A stretch of 63,642 nucleotides of DNA, the filler included, from Phoronis australis (taxonomy: Eukaryota; Animalia; Phoronida), in assembly GCA_002633005.1 (NCBI GenBank). It is 6 parts of 6 records of this genome, joined end to end, with 100 filler letters (N's around TTAATTAATTAA, not from the genome) between each part and the next. Parts side by side here need not be neighbours in the genome. Positions count along the whole stretch, not along the records: positions 27,977 to 44,604 come from NMRA01000306.1; positions 44,705 to 55,033 come from NMRA01001011.1; 4 more parts are not named here. One strand, written 5' to 3'. The translations under genes and the position numbers were made by a program. The notes under the pieces were generated by a model. The model saw nothing but the letters and a program-made list of their open reading frames with translations. It made no database searches and was not told the DNA's origin. Positions 34,711 through 48,300 of this stretch are shown here, one piece after another. The stretch's first letter is position 1, and every line of letters begins with the position of its first letter.

Positions 34711-37153
34711 AACGCATTTGACATCCTACAGTAGCATAGGTATACTTCAGATTGACAAAAAATATAGTAACTTGTTGTTTTTATTCATCTCCATCGAATC
34801 CAGATCGTTGGAAGATCAAGCAGAGCACCCTAAAATTTTTTAATGCGAACTGTATTTCGAAAATGCGTCTTTAGTCTGTGAGATTTTGGCTGGATCGCAA
34901 ACATAGAATCCAGTGTGAAAGTAGCCATTGTCGCCGTGGAGAATATGTCCGACCTGCGTGTATTTGAATGAAGTAGTATCCAGGAAATCCACTGAATAAC
35001 GTGTCCGTGTGCTGGCATTCAAATACATGCAGCTGGGACATTCTCTACAGGGAGACTATCGCAACTACCACACCGGGAAACATAGATACTGGATACTGGG
35101 ACACATGGAGTCCCGTCGATGCGCATAAAACGGGACACATACACGTAGAACCCGGGACACATCGGGGTGACCACTCCTATATGTACAATTTATCACCCTG
35201 CTCTTCCTTAGCTGTGACCTAGACGTACATGTATGCGGAATGGGTAGCTCTGACATTCTAACCATCACAAAGTTTGTTGCTAATGAAAGTTGTTTTTTCT
35301 TTCAATCCAACGGACACTCTTAAGTGATCAGGTGTTGTCCTTTTTCTATGCATGAACAATGTAAAAAATGTATCAGCTCTTAAGAAATTGGAGAGAAATC
35401 CGTTGTTTTATCCAGTTTAAGTAGGATCCATGTGTATTTTGTTGCTTTTGAATATATGCTATTCTGTAGGGAGATATTCAATTAAACATGGAGTTGATCT
35501 ATTCCACTATCTTACTTCTATTTTAGTTATCTTGCATGTCAGAATTTTGAACTTTTAGTCTTCGCATAAAATTGCAAATTTCTTGTTTTGCTTTTTTCAT
35601 AATGTAAAAACGGGATTACCCTTACTGGGAGAGTAGTACAAATAAATAGGTAAAAAATTCCTGTCGTTCCGGTAATTTGAAGAAGCTTCAAACTCAACAT
35701 TGTTCCTGAAGAGTGCTCACACCTCAAGGGAGTCAAACAGATATCTCTTGCAGTGTTCAGTTTGGTTACATGCAGTTTGCCAATAAGACTTGGCAACTTT
35801 GTATAAAGCTTTCGGACATTCCCGAATTATAGAATGCCTGCTCCTGCACTCAGTTCCTCCTCCCATCTGAGCACACAAGAGTTCTATGGGTCTACCCCCA
35901 CTTAATTTCCTATTCTCGTCCTCCACCCAGCTGATAGGTAACGCTATAGAAAACATTTATAAATTTTACCCGACAATATTTTCATTTTTTGCGGCGTATG
36001 GCAACCACCCAACGCTTCCGAATCTCAACGTCCTTAGGGATTGCAAAAAAGACAGTTGTATGTCCGTATTTTTTCTATTGTCGTTCTTATTATCCATAAA
36101 TTCGGTACAAATGCCTCAGTTCGTACAATATTTTGATCTGAGTAGTGATCGAGCCCTGTTTTTATGGATCTTTTATTTTATAGGATGGAATCGGAACCTT
36201 GGGAAAAGCAGTTTAAGGATACATCAATTCAAATAATTAAGCAACTTTTTAGATTTTTGCCTTGCGGATGATAAAAGACATGAACAACGCGGAACACAAC
36301 TATGCCGACTAGCCATTCAACGGACCTATCGTAGTGACACTCGTTTTGGAGCGGACTTCTTTTCTGCGTAACATTGTTCATGGGCCAGAATTAATAGCTT
36401 AAATAACATGTTGGAAATAGCCATTGCTCTAAACAGGTCAAGATTTAGCTTTCTCATATCAACGACCAATATGACAGTTTATTGACTCTGAGTCAATGTC
36501 TTATGTACACTCTTTCCTATTGCTACGAAAGGGGGCACAGAACAGTTCTCACAGGGGTGTGCCTGTCAGAACACACGTCAATGCACTCTTCACCCTTTCT
36601 TCACTTTGTCCAAAACTACATGCAAATTGACCGCGGCCACAACCTAACTATTCAGTGCCACCAAAGGTAGCACGGTGGAATGTTGTTTATCAAGGCTTCT
36701 AATTGGTTAAAAGTAATGAAACCGAAGTCATAATATTTAGTCATTCTCATTGGTTGAAATCTGGGAAACCTCTTTCAGTTTACTGTTATGACATATGGCG
36801 ACTACCTTTGACTTGCATAGTTTACATTTATCAAAACGGGCAGTGATCAAAGTAAACAAAATCCAGGGAACCCTGATCCCGTAGCTACGCCTAAACACGT
36901 ACAGTGCATAGAAAGGGTATGCAAGTGGTGGCGAAGTGATAGATAAACTTCCGACCAAGCATGCGCATCGATACCCACACGCGGAACGTCGTTCACCATG
37001 TTTCCACAGGCCACTTTTCAGTAAAGGTGGCGCTGTGTCAGGGGGATGTCTTATGGTAAGTTTAAAACACTGGCACATCATCACTGTCCTACCTATTTGT
37101 CGACGACTGTAATAACTTCCATTAAATTTTAACAAAGTACACTTTTATTTCAG

Positions 37154-37193
37154 ATGGAAGCAGCAAACCATAAGAAGATGGACGGATCAGGAG
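37154..37193 (+). CDS. Gene C small 5' exon (MEAANHKKMDGSG)
   Basis: ttttatttcag acceptor and G|gtatgt donor (phase 1, fits the CARD exon). An upstream donor ATG|gtaagt lies at 37056. Confidence 0.55.
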
Positions 37194-37438
37194 GTATGTT
37201 TCTATTTTAAGGGGGTGATTTTGGGATTTTGGATATACAAAAAACATAACAAATACACACGTGCCTGAACATAGACACACGTGAGGACACCCACAACCTC
37301 ACACCCGCATTATTAAATCATTCGTTTGTCCTTATCTATACAGTATAAATTTGTTCGTTCATTTACTTATTTATTTGTACAAGGATGAAACTGTGTCCCC
37401 CTGGTCTTGGCCGATACCCAAATTCATAACCCCTCTAA

Positions 37439-37597
37439 AGCCCTGTTCACACTTCCAAATTTTTGTAAACGACTCTGAATACGACTACTCGGAGTGCGTA
37501 GACAAGTCTTCCGACACAACATTTTGAGTCAGAACTCATGCAACGTGATGATTGGGGTCCAAAAGTCGATTACAAAGACGTAAGTGTAGATAAGGCT
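37439..37597. mobile_element. Possible PIF/Harbinger-type MITE
   Basis: agccctgttcacactt ... aagtgtagataaggct imperfect TIRs, flanked by TAA. Confidence 0.4.
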
Positions 37598-38033
37598 TAA
37601 AATCCCATCAAGCCGATTCTACTTTCAAAGACGACGAAAAATGCATCACAAAACATGCTATGGCGAAAATATATCAACTTCTAAATTGTCCAAAACGATG
37701 TAGAAGCGCATTAGTCCGCCACGAGACCCTACCAAGAACAAGTGTACCCGCACGCTCGAATATACACGTGGACTCTCACGAACGCACACACGCATGCACG
37801 CACATATGCGAAAACACGCACAGGCGGATTGTATAAACATACAGAATGTATAAGCATTGTAGTGCTCGTTAAAAATGGGAAAACTTTAATTTGCTTTCCA
37901 CTTTTTCTGTATACTGAAATATTATTACAATATAGTACAACCCATCAGGAAGATATAATGCCTCTTGGTGTTTTCTGAGTTATGTATGTTCATTGTATTG
38001 AAGATTTCGTAATAAACATTAAAATGATTAAAA

Positions 38034-38158
38034 TGTGTGTGTGTGTGTGTGTGCGTGCGTGTGTGTTTGTGTGTGTGAGTGTNNNNNNNNNNNNNNNNNN
38101 NNNNNNNNNNNNNNNNNNNNNNNNNNNNNNNNNNNNNNGTGTGTGTGTGTGTGTGTGT
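38034..38158. repeat. (GT)n microsatellite spanning a 56-N scaffold gap (38083-38138)
   Basis: Direct reading. Confidence 0.95.
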
Positions 38159-38904
38159 ACAACCCGTCAGGAAGACAAGTATCGAACATGGATTTAAAAA
38201 CTCATTTGAAACCGGGTGATAAAAGCCTGTACCTATTTATGATGTGGTGAAATTCGCATAATTAACGTTATGACAATGCAAAGAACGAAACACAAAATGG
38301 AAATATATGCATATAATAGACTTTTTTAAACAATACCAAACTTTTAAACGTGTCTGTTATTTGGCTTTAAGTGTACAATTTTAAAGAGAAATTCTCTCAA
38401 TCCTACAATTCGTATGGAAAACGTATACTACTATCAAAACGGAGAGACTTACTCTGTTGGAAAATACAGACTGTTGTGTGGGAAATCTTATTATTGTTTT
38501 TTAAAGCGAAGTCAAAACTAATTCATACTCGTGACATAGCCATTAGTACCGGGAACTGACGAAATGGTATACACAAAATTATACCCTGCCAGACTTTTAT
38601 CGATCTAGTCTGTCTACTAAACATCCCGTATCGAATGGCGTTCTGCTACTTAAACAGAACTAGACAGGATGCAATGGCATCCACAGATCCCAAAACTACG
38701 GTGATCTCGCCCTCAACAGCGGGCCTTGTGTGGTGTGAGGATCCGTCCCAGTAAGCAATACGCATTCCCTCGTCACACTGGAAACAGGACACCAGGACGT
38801 AAACCACTGCCGAGCAGTCACAAATGGGTTGCACAAAAAGAGAATTATGATGTTGCACTATGCCCGTGGTAGTATTTCTGGATATTTGAAAAATAGCCTG
38901 CTAC

Positions 38905-39055
38905 CAGTGGCGGATTTACGGGGGAGGAGGCAAGGGGGACATGACCCCCTAAAGTTGTTCCAGATTCCATTTGGCATGCGAATGTAAGACGACCAAATCC
39001 TGGCTAATACTCTGCTCTAACTTCCTCCAACTCAAGAATCCTGTATCCGCCCCTG
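38905..39055. mobile_element. Short hAT-like MITE
   Basis: cagtggcggat ... atccgcccctg TIRs; a similar left end at ~61353; no clean 8-bp TSD. Confidence 0.5.
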
Positions 39056-39079
39056 GCTGTACAAGAGCAGGTGTAGCAT

Positions 39080-39940
39080 TATGGGCGGTCATTTTTGCAA
39101 AAAAGTATCAAATTGTATTCCATGTGATGAACTCAGTTTCAAATGTGCAACATTTCAATCCTATTTTGCGCATTTAATGCTATTACATCAATTCAATCCA
39201 CACCCGTCGATTCCACTCAATGCTGGTTTGTTTATTCTAACCTGTTTTGTGAATTCAATGCTGTTTAATCTATGCTGTTTCGTCTATCCTGTCGTGCTGT
39301 GAATCCGATACCGTTTCATGAATTCAATTCAGTTTCGTCAAGCTTAACGGCTTATGGACGAAACCAATATCTCACATGTGCGCATGCGTTTGAGTTTGTC
39401 TGCACATTGCGTTGTTTGCTGTGACACTCGTCAGAAGCAAAGCCCAGGCAATGGAGCTTATCTGTTCCTCATCCACTACTAATGAACATAAAAGTTGTAC
39501 ACTAACGATCGGTTTCCTCAGCTTTTTCGTTTTAATTTGCATGGAACTCTGCGAAATTAGCTCTGAACAAATGTTTGAATACCTTCTCCCACTTCATCAC
39601 ATGAAATTGCCTTCGAGTGTTGATTCGACGACAAAAATGTCAAAAACACCAAAATTACGAATTCTAGGAGGCTATTTTGTGACGTTCATTGGCAGATGAC
39701 CTTCGTACACATCCCAATTTTTCACGGACGATAAAACAGCATTGAATTCACAAAACAGGATATAATATACAAGGAAGCTTTGAGTTCACGACATGGAAAA
39801 GACGAGTGTAGATTGAATTGATGTTATACGCATTACGTTTACCACACAAGATAAGATTGAATTGTCATATGATCGGCAATGAGGCTATTAATTGAAATTG
39901 AATATACAATTTGATATTTTTGGACAAATGGCGTCCCATA
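39080..39940. mobile_element. Non-autonomous element with long (~200 bp) imperfect TIRs
   Basis: tatgggcggtcatttttgcaaaaaagtatcaaattgta vs reverse complement tatgggacgccatttgtccaaaaatatcaaattgta. Inner arms cctgttttgtgaattcaatgctgttt / aaacagcattgaattcacaaaacagg. Confidence 0.75.
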
Positions 39941-41491
39941 CAACATATCATGTGACATACAAGGAATGCAGTTGTTTGGTGAAAATAAAACCTCACAATG
40001 AGAGTACCAGACATCCGTTGAATTACAGTTGCAAATCTGTAGCCTAGTTGCTTGACTTCAAGAAATTAATCGCAATTGGGGATTCTTTTGTCTCTAGCTA
40101 ACAGTCGCCCTCCCTGCAGCATCATCATCATCGTACTATCGCCGGTCAACACTGCCATTGTGACCGAAATTATCATGTTTTTGCCTTTCCCACATTTAAA
40201 CATACCCCAGTTACAACTTCCAAGTTTTTTCTTAGATCTTGTAAACTTTTGCTTCTACGATCTCCACGGATATTCGATTAAACCTTACAAACTCTCCTAG
40301 CAATTGAGAGATGCCTGGATTTCCGAAAGTCAAATTGACGGCTATCTATACTTCACTTGCATACGTTCACTTAGTGCCTCTGTACGAGCCAGCACTCAAG
40401 TCCGTATTTTCGTTAAATTAATTAATGAGGTATCCAAGTACCGAGTAATCATGTGCACCATGTTTATCGAGGTCAATTCAGTTGATTAATGTGGAACTTT
40501 AGTATGGCTATCGGCTGCGCAGCTCTGTGTGTAAAACAGCTAATTTTCTTAGATAATGACACACCCGATACGTCAAGTAAATACTCAATAGTTGAATGTT
40601 TACTAAAAAGTGAATATGTTATTGCTTATTTTGTGATTTTATAATGAACTACCATTTCTTATTGAAAGAAAAAAATCATAACAAAGTGGTTGCCACCAAA
40701 CTTTTAGCCAGATGTGACTGAGTCTGTAGGTCAGTGAGCGAGTTCTAATTTTAAAGCAGAATTTGGCTATTTTCTGAGGCAACCCCACAGCGACGAGACG
40801 AAAGATACATTTATTCCGCCTTTAATAGTGCAGACTATCAAGGTAGATAATAATTTGAGCCCTAAATTAAATTCTGAAAAACATCACGTTGAAATGTAAT
40901 GTTCTAAATTTAGCTCAGCGGCACCGGCGTGCATTCGAGCTCAAAAGTAAACGTTCCGTGGAGCAAGTAAACTGATATTGATGTGCGAGATTGGTTTTTG
41001 AGTAGGCCTGATGGCTATTTTGGAGTATTTATAAGAGCCTTACTTAAGAAGCCAACGTTTTACGAGCGTTCAATTTATTTAAACACCGATATGAGTTGGG
41101 AAAGGTCGCCGATCCAAATCTCGACGAAATGACCATGATTAGCAGACGACGTATTTGCCAAAGGTAAAGCGTGCTATGTCGGCCAAGGGTCACTAGCGAA
41201 TAATGACGCCACGGCTTATGCGTAAGATCACAGATTTCGTCCACTGAGTTGGCGAGCCATGGTTTCACTTGTTTAACGACTGATACAAAATAAGTGTTGG
41301 CATTATTCAGAACTCCAGTTTTAAATATAATAATATAACAATTCTGTAAACCGAATCGACTATTCATGTTTAAGTAACGACTGTACATCTATGTCAGCAG
41401 CAAATACTAGTGTGCGTGCCCAGACTTCCTCACTTAAGTGTACGCATAAGTCAACAAATGCGATGGAAAACAAATTGTAATTTAATTTCAG

Positions 41492-41776
41492 CAATGACAA
41501 AGAGAGAGCGTAAAGTTCTCAAGGACAGTATGTGTTATCTGGTACAACACTTGCAGTTATCCACACGGTTCATTTGTTACCTAATGCAAACGGACATATT
41601 GACGTCAGAGGACAAGCAAAATATCGACCAGGAAGTTGGTGAAGAACGGCAAGCTCAATACTTTATCATGTTACTTCCAAAAAAGGGTGGACGTGCATTT
41701 GGAGTGTTCTTGGAAGCCTTGAGAGAAAGTAATCAAGCTTACATCGCTGACTACCTTTTGAGTTTGTTGTCTCCAG
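41492..41776 (+). CDS. Gene C CARD-domain exon
   Basis: MTKRERKVLKDSMCYLVQHL...ILTSEDKQNI...LLPKKGGRAFGVFLEALRESNQAYIADYL (CARD pattern LPxRGxxAFxxFxxAL). atttcag acceptor, G|gtgaga donor. Confidence 0.9.
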
Positions 41777-42359
41777 GTGAGAAATGACACTAACTTCCCT
41801 CAAAAACTCAATCAAGGAGATGGGAATTGCGGAAGACAGTGGAGAGGGAGGTGGAGCTTGATAATCAAGTAGTCGAGGGAGGGGGAGTTTGAGGTAGGAA
41901 AGGAGAGTAGGGGGAGAAGGGAGGAAGCTAGAGAATGACAGAAGCATGCAGGAAGGGACGCTTTTTAGAACGGTGCTGAAGAAAGTGTGATACCTGGCGT
42001 TGTCTGAAAAAACTGACATTAAATTAAAACCAAATATGTCAATGACAATAGATTAATTTTAAAGGTTTGCGTACTGTCCTTAAACCCCCTTTTCTTCTTT
42101 TCTATTGATTGTGACATAAACAATCTATGCCTAATTGTCTAATTCACTATTTGTTTCATCACCTAGAGATGAAAAAAATAATGCAACAGAATGAATACGC
42201 TTATTAGCAAGTATTCAGCCATTCCTTTATCGATCGGCATACATGCCATGTTTACTTCTTGAAACAGTTTCAACAAATATGGTTGTTCATATTTTTGTAA
42301 AATTGAAAATTGTAAAACCTATGTAAACTAGGCTATGTCATCTCTGCTTTTCCTTACAG

Positions 42360-42728
42360 GAGTCGAATCGGTGCAGCAAACATTCGACATATGCGACAAT
42401 ACTGGCTCCATGTTGAACATTACGTTGGTTTTGGACATGGATAAACTTGGAAGTGATTTAAAACCCATTTTTGGAGAAGTTATTTTGAACATCAAAAAAA
42501 TCCGTATGGGATCTCTTATTTTACCAATACATTTTTCATCAGTCGAGCAACTAGACATGTATTGGATAATACTGGGAAACGACAAGTACTTCAGGAAATT
42601 TTCAGAGCAAGTGTTAAACGTCCTTCTGAAAGAAGAATACAAGTCGCAACTGCCAAGCTTGTGTTTGAAGAAACGAGTTGTGATGTCGTTTGACGACTAC
42701 ATGAACTACCGCCGCACACTTACTGAAG
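42360..42728 (+). CDS. Gene C TRADD-N-like domain exon; gene continues
   Basis: IKKIRMGSLILPIHFSSVEQLDMYW...SFDDYMNYRRTL matches the GS(L/I)...L..(L/Y)W...Y pattern. ccttacag acceptor, G|gtaaaa donor; phase 1-1. Confidence 0.65.
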
Positions 42729-44338
42729 GTAAAATCTGCTAAAACGCCTTTTTGGCATCAGAAATGCAAGTATTTAACTGTTCATAAAAATTATTGTTTT
42801 TGCTTCTTACACACCTCAGAGAGTAAATCAATTGCGACGCAAATTACACCGCTCATAATTCGTAGCCCCTTCGAGCGCCCCAGAAATATTCTCAACCAAT
42901 CAGTGGAAATGGTTCATATGACATCATCGTGGCCACGAAATTATTCGGAAGTCACACCACGTAGCTGAGTGCTATTCCTTGGACGTGCTGTAGGCTACCA
43001 GGACATGCAGCTGTTTTTTGCACAAACGTTTGTGACACCTCTTCTTCTTTTTGATCTACTGATCTACAGAGTTCCACAGTCAATCAGCTTTCATCAGGAA
43101 GCTTTCCTAAGCTTCTTTAGGCTCTGACATCACAATTTTTTGCTGTTTGATAAACCTTGAATTATACAGGCATCACACTCCATGGGAGCAGTCATATTGA
43201 AGTAACTAAGCACAACAATACAATCTGGCTCTCTGATTGGTCAATTCAATAGAAAAGCGCCATCAAGTGGCAGGAATGTGCATCATATTTTGTGCACTAA
43301 AACACCTTTTTTAAAAAAAATGTGCAAGTGTAGACGTGGGAACTTTTTGGAATTTGATTTATAGGTATATTGTCTAGCAACATAGAAAAAACTAGGTTGC
43401 CCCCCTAAAGTACTCACAAGGATGAACGCTATGAGATCTGGCCCACCGACTAGTACTTGTCGATCTCTGGGCTAAAATGCCTTAAAATTGTTGCGTGGTG
43501 CGGTACGGGTGTAGCAATGTCAGCTGCAATTGTATACATTTGTATAACTTCCCCACCGACGCCATCGTGTGCCGGGCGTGGAATATTTTCGTATCCACGA
43601 CAAGGACTGGCGACAAAATTCCCGATCAGCAAGATCTGTTCCAGTCTACGGGCAATGCTGTAGGCCTACTTATACAAAATCTACAGTTTTGTGATGATGT
43701 GGGTAAAACTGACTACATAAAATCTGACACAAAAGTAGTGTCACTAAGAGCTAAACTGCTCTTCTTTGAAGAAACCAATTTTTTATCGTTCTACCGCTCA
43801 TCCACTGCCAAAACTGAAGTGCTCTCTTGTGAGTCGGCTTTCGGTGATTACGTCACCTGACCCGAACAGTTTCTTTTCCCTCGTTTATTCTTTTATCAAC
43901 TATTCTTCACTGCCACCATAGATTATAGACAACAGATTCGCAACTCCGGCATATTCTTACGAGCTGAGTTGAACTCTCCTGACCTATCTGCTGCAGTTTC
44001 CGGTCAGTTTTAATTTGACGAGAAATACCTGCATCTACTTTACTGTCCAAAACAGCGAAAAAACATTAATTTATATTAATTTCGGTATTGAAACGCTTTT
44101 CAAAGTCTTTCAATAGTAGAAGTGTTGGTATTATGAGTACTTTTGGCAATGCTACTGGTAATTAATTTCAAAATTCAAACTTCGGTTCCGACCCTTTATG
44201 TCGTCTGCTTGCCCAATAGCAGTATGGTTATCGGACAGTTTTTGATTTACGGTTCACATAGGCCTACTGAGAAAACTACGAAAGCGTGTTGATAAATCAA
44301 CATTCTCAAGTGAGCAGTTCTTCTGGGAAGGGTTGAGT

Positions 44339-44354
44339 GGCCCTTAAAAGGGCT
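44339..44354 (-). promoter_or_regulatory. Histone-mRNA-type 3' stem-loop-like element
   Basis: ccaac-AGCCCT-TTTA-AGGGCC-actca on the minus strand; one mismatch from GGCCCT-TTTA-AGGGCC; ~50 nt after the stop codon. Confidence 0.5.
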
Positions 44355-44405
44355 GTTGGTTGTAGGTATAGCGTGAAATGGTTCTTAAAAGAACCATTGA
44401 ATAAT

Positions 44406-44604
44406 TCAACATAAATCACACAGTATACCATGCTCACTCAAGTACTGAAGGTCCTCTTCATTCAAGTTTTCATCTGGGAAGGTTGGATGAAAACAGAGGA
44501 GATGACAATATCGATGACAGTTGTAACACCTTAGATAGATATTACCGTTCACCAACGTTGTCACGAACCCTGCATCGTTCAGTTCTTGTTCCTGTATCCA
44601 CAAA
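44406..44604 (-). CDS. C-terminal end of an ORF with a partial PHD/C1-type zinc finger (CYNC..HLLC...CDLC*), cut by the gap
   Basis: CxxC-x4-HxxC ... CxxC spacing; the frame is open up to the linker. Confidence 0.55.
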
Positions 44605-44704
44605 NNNNNNNNNNNNNNNNNNNNNNNNNNNNNNNNNNNNNNNNNNNNTTAATTAATTAANNNNNNNNNNNNNNNNNNNNNNNNNNNNNNNNNNNNNNNN
44701 NNNN

Positions 44705-45347
44705 CGCCTTGCTTTTGTTACTTAATTGTGGCAAATTTTAGCGCCACCTGTTGTCTATTTTTGGAACTAAAGAAGAGCTCACGAAGCATGCTGTATGCGT
44801 TGCTGTCGTGGGTGCATTTCAACACTACGACTTTCTTGAATTGTGGCAAAGTTTAGCGCCACCTGTTGTCTATTTTTGGAACTAAAGAACAGCTCTAGCA
44901 AATTTCAGCGCCACCTATTGTCTACTTTCGAAACTAATCAACAGGCCAAGAAGCATGCTGTATGCATTGCTGTCATGGGTGCATTTCAACACTACGACTT
45001 GCTTTTGTTACTTAATTGTGGCAAATTTTAGCGCCACCTGGTGTCTATTTTTGGAACTAAAGAAGAGCTCTAGCAAATTTCAGCGCCACATATTGTCTAC
45101 TTTCGGAACTAATCAACAGCTCAAGAAGCATGCTGTATGCGTTGCTGTCGTGGGTGCATTTCAACACTACGACTTGCTTGAATTGTGGCAAAGTTTAGCG
45201 CCACCTGTTGTCTATTTTTGGAACTAAAGAACAGCTCTAGCTAGCAAATTTCAGCGCCACCTATTGTCTACTTTCGAAACTAATCAACAGGTCAAGAAGC
45301 ATGCTGTATGCTTTGCTGTTGTGCAAGCATTTCAACACTACGCCTTG
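44705..45347. repeat. Satellite S1 (alternating 175/167-bp monomers)
   Basis: gtggcaaa..tttagcgccacctgttgtctatttttggaactaa...aagcatgctgtatgc repeated. Confidence 0.95.
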
Positions 45348-48300
45348 ATATGGATGATTTTGAAAATTGACGTATATACTCTTACTATGAAGATGGCTTT
45401 TCATGATGATTTTTCAACGACTTTCACTTCTGTTGTACCCCCTGGTGGCACGTTCGTTTTTTACACTCATGGTTATATCTCCTAATCCACTTGCAGGATC
45501 TTCACTAAATTTAGCAAGTTAACCACATACGACAACTTTTGGACGGATCTGACTACTGGTGTGACCCTAGTATCAACTTTAATTTTTTACATTCATTATA
45601 TTCAAAGGCCCTCAAGGGATTTTCATAACACTTGAAATATAGGCCTCCATCAGTGAGATGATGCTGTCTTCTTATTTTCGGATGGATGAGATATGTTGCA
45701 CCACCTAGTGGCCATTTCTACTGTTTTCGAGTCTGTTGTGAGTGCCCACCTCCCCATCAACCAAACCATTCTAAGGATGATTTTGAAAATTGGCGTTTAT
45801 GTTCTCAGTGTGATGAGAGGACAGTTGATGATAATAACTTTGAATATCGTAGCGCCTCCTAGTGGTAATTTTTTTACGCCAATAGGTGTAACTTCTAAAC
45901 CCGCTGCAGGATCGTTATTGAACTAGTAAGTGTATCCATATGCAGTTAACAATAGACTACAACTTTCAGTGGACGCTTTGTAGAAATTTTCCTTTGTTTC
46001 TCTGAAGTTCCTTGACAGATTCTTATGAAATTTGGTAAATAGCTCTCTATTAAAGAGGCGATGGCATGTTCTGTTTTTAGATGGATTGGATGTTTTGGCC
46101 CACCTAGTGGCCATTTTTATGATAGAAATAAACAACTCTAGAAGCACATGGTTTGCGTTGAATTCGTGGCTGCAATTCGACACTGTGCGTTGCTCTTGTT
46201 ACTGTTTTCGAGTCTGTTCTTTGGTGTCCACTCCTCTATCAACCAAACGACTCTAAGGACGATTGTGAAAATTGGCATGTATGTTTCTACTCTGAAGAAG
46301 ACGGCTCGTGATGATTTGCCGATATCTTTGACTACTTTGGGCCTCCTGTTGACAGTTTTGTTTTTTATTGCGCTCATGTCCTTGTATCCTAAACCATTTA
46401 CAGGATCTGTACTAAATTTTGCAAGTAAATTCATATGATGTTGACAACAAATGACCACGACTTTTGGACGGATCTGACTGCCGGAGTGACCCCTTGTGGC
46501 AATTTTAATTTTTCATATTTACCTCTGTGTCTTCAAAGCTCCTTAAGAGATTTATAAAATTTGGAATATAGATGATAGCGTCCCGTTTTTGGATGGAATC
46601 AAGGTATTTTGTGGCACTTAGTGTCCATTTTTGCTGTTTTTGAGTTCACCTTCTATCAACCAAAGTATTCTTAGGATGATTTTGAAAATTGGCGTATATG
46701 CTCTTACTATGAAGAGGAGGGTTCATGATGATTTTTCAATGACTAAGTTCTGTTGTGCCCTCTAGTAGCAGTTACGTTTTTTTTGTGGTCATGCCTACCG
46801 GTATATCTCCTAAATCATTTGCAGGATCTTTACTAAATTTAGCGAGTATATTCATATGATGTTGACAACACGACTTCGATAGATCTATCTGTCGGTTTGC
46901 CCCCTAGTGGCAATTTTAATTTTTTATATTTACCTCTGTGTCATCAAAGTTCTGAACAGATTTTCATAAAATTTGGAATATAGGCATCTATTAGTGAGAT
47001 GACCCTATCATCCCGTTTTCGGATGGAATCGAGGTATTTTGCGCCAACTTAGTGGTCATTTTGCTGTTTTGAGTTCACCCTCTATCTAAGGATGATTTTG
47101 AAAATTGACGTATATACTCTTACTATGAAGAAGTCTTTTCATGATGATTTTTCTCTGGTGTCAGGTTCGTTTTTTACACTCATTGTTATATCGCCTAATC
47201 CACTTGCAGGATCTTCACTAAATTTAGCAAGTGCATTGTTATAAAGTTAACAACATGCGACAACTTTTGGACGGATCTGACTACTGATGTGACCCTAGTA
47301 TCAACTTCAGTTNACGACTTTGACTTCTGTTGTACCCCCTGGTGGCAGGTTCGTTTTTTACACTCATGGTTATATCTCCTAAACCACTTGCAGGATCTTC
47401 ACTAAATTTAGCAAGTGCATTGTTATAAAGTTAACAACATACGACAACTTTTGGATGGATCTGCCTACTGGTGTGACCCTAGTATCAACTTTAGTTTTTA
47501 CATTCATTATATTCAAAGGCCCTCAAGGGATTTTCATAACATTTGAAATATAGGCCTCCATCAGTGAGATGATGCTGTCTTCTTATTTTCGGATGGATGA
47601 GATATGTTGCACCTAGTGGCCATTTCTACTGTTTTCGAGTCTGTTTTTAGTGCCCACCAACCAAACCATTCTAAGGATGATTTTGAAAATTGGCGTTTAT
47701 GTTCTCAGTGTGATGAGAGGACAGTTGATGATGACCACTTTGAATATCGTAGCGCCTCCTAGTGGTAATTTTTTACGCCAATAGGTGTAACTTCTAAACC
47801 CGCTGCAGGATCTTTATTGAAGTAGTAAGTGTATTCATATGAAGGTAACAATAGACGACAACTTTCAGCGGACGCTTTGCTCCCTTGTAGCAATTTTCCT
47901 TTGTTTCTCTGAAGTTCCTTGACAGATTCTAATGAAATTTGGTAAATAGCTCTCAATTAAAGAAGCGATGGCATGTTCTGTTTTTAGATGGATTGGATGT
48001 TTTGGCCCACCTAGTGGCCATTTTTATGATAGAAATAAACAACTCTAGAAGCACATGGTTTGCGTTGAATTCGTGGCTGCAATTCGACACTGTGCGTTGC
48101 TCTTGTTATTGTTTTCGAGTCTGTTCTTTGGTGTCCACTCCTATCAACCAAACAACTCTAAGGATGATTGTGAAAATTGGCATGTATGTTTCTACTCTGA
48201 AGAAGACGGCTCGTGATTTTCCGATATCTTTGACTACTTTGGGCCTCCTATTGACAGTTTTGTTTTTTATTGCGCTCATGTCTTTGTATCCTAAACCATT

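Noticed and set aside
34830-35268. Short ORFs as host exons
   Set aside because: No consistent splice or phase pattern; the position fits the decayed 5' gag region of the BEL/Pao element.
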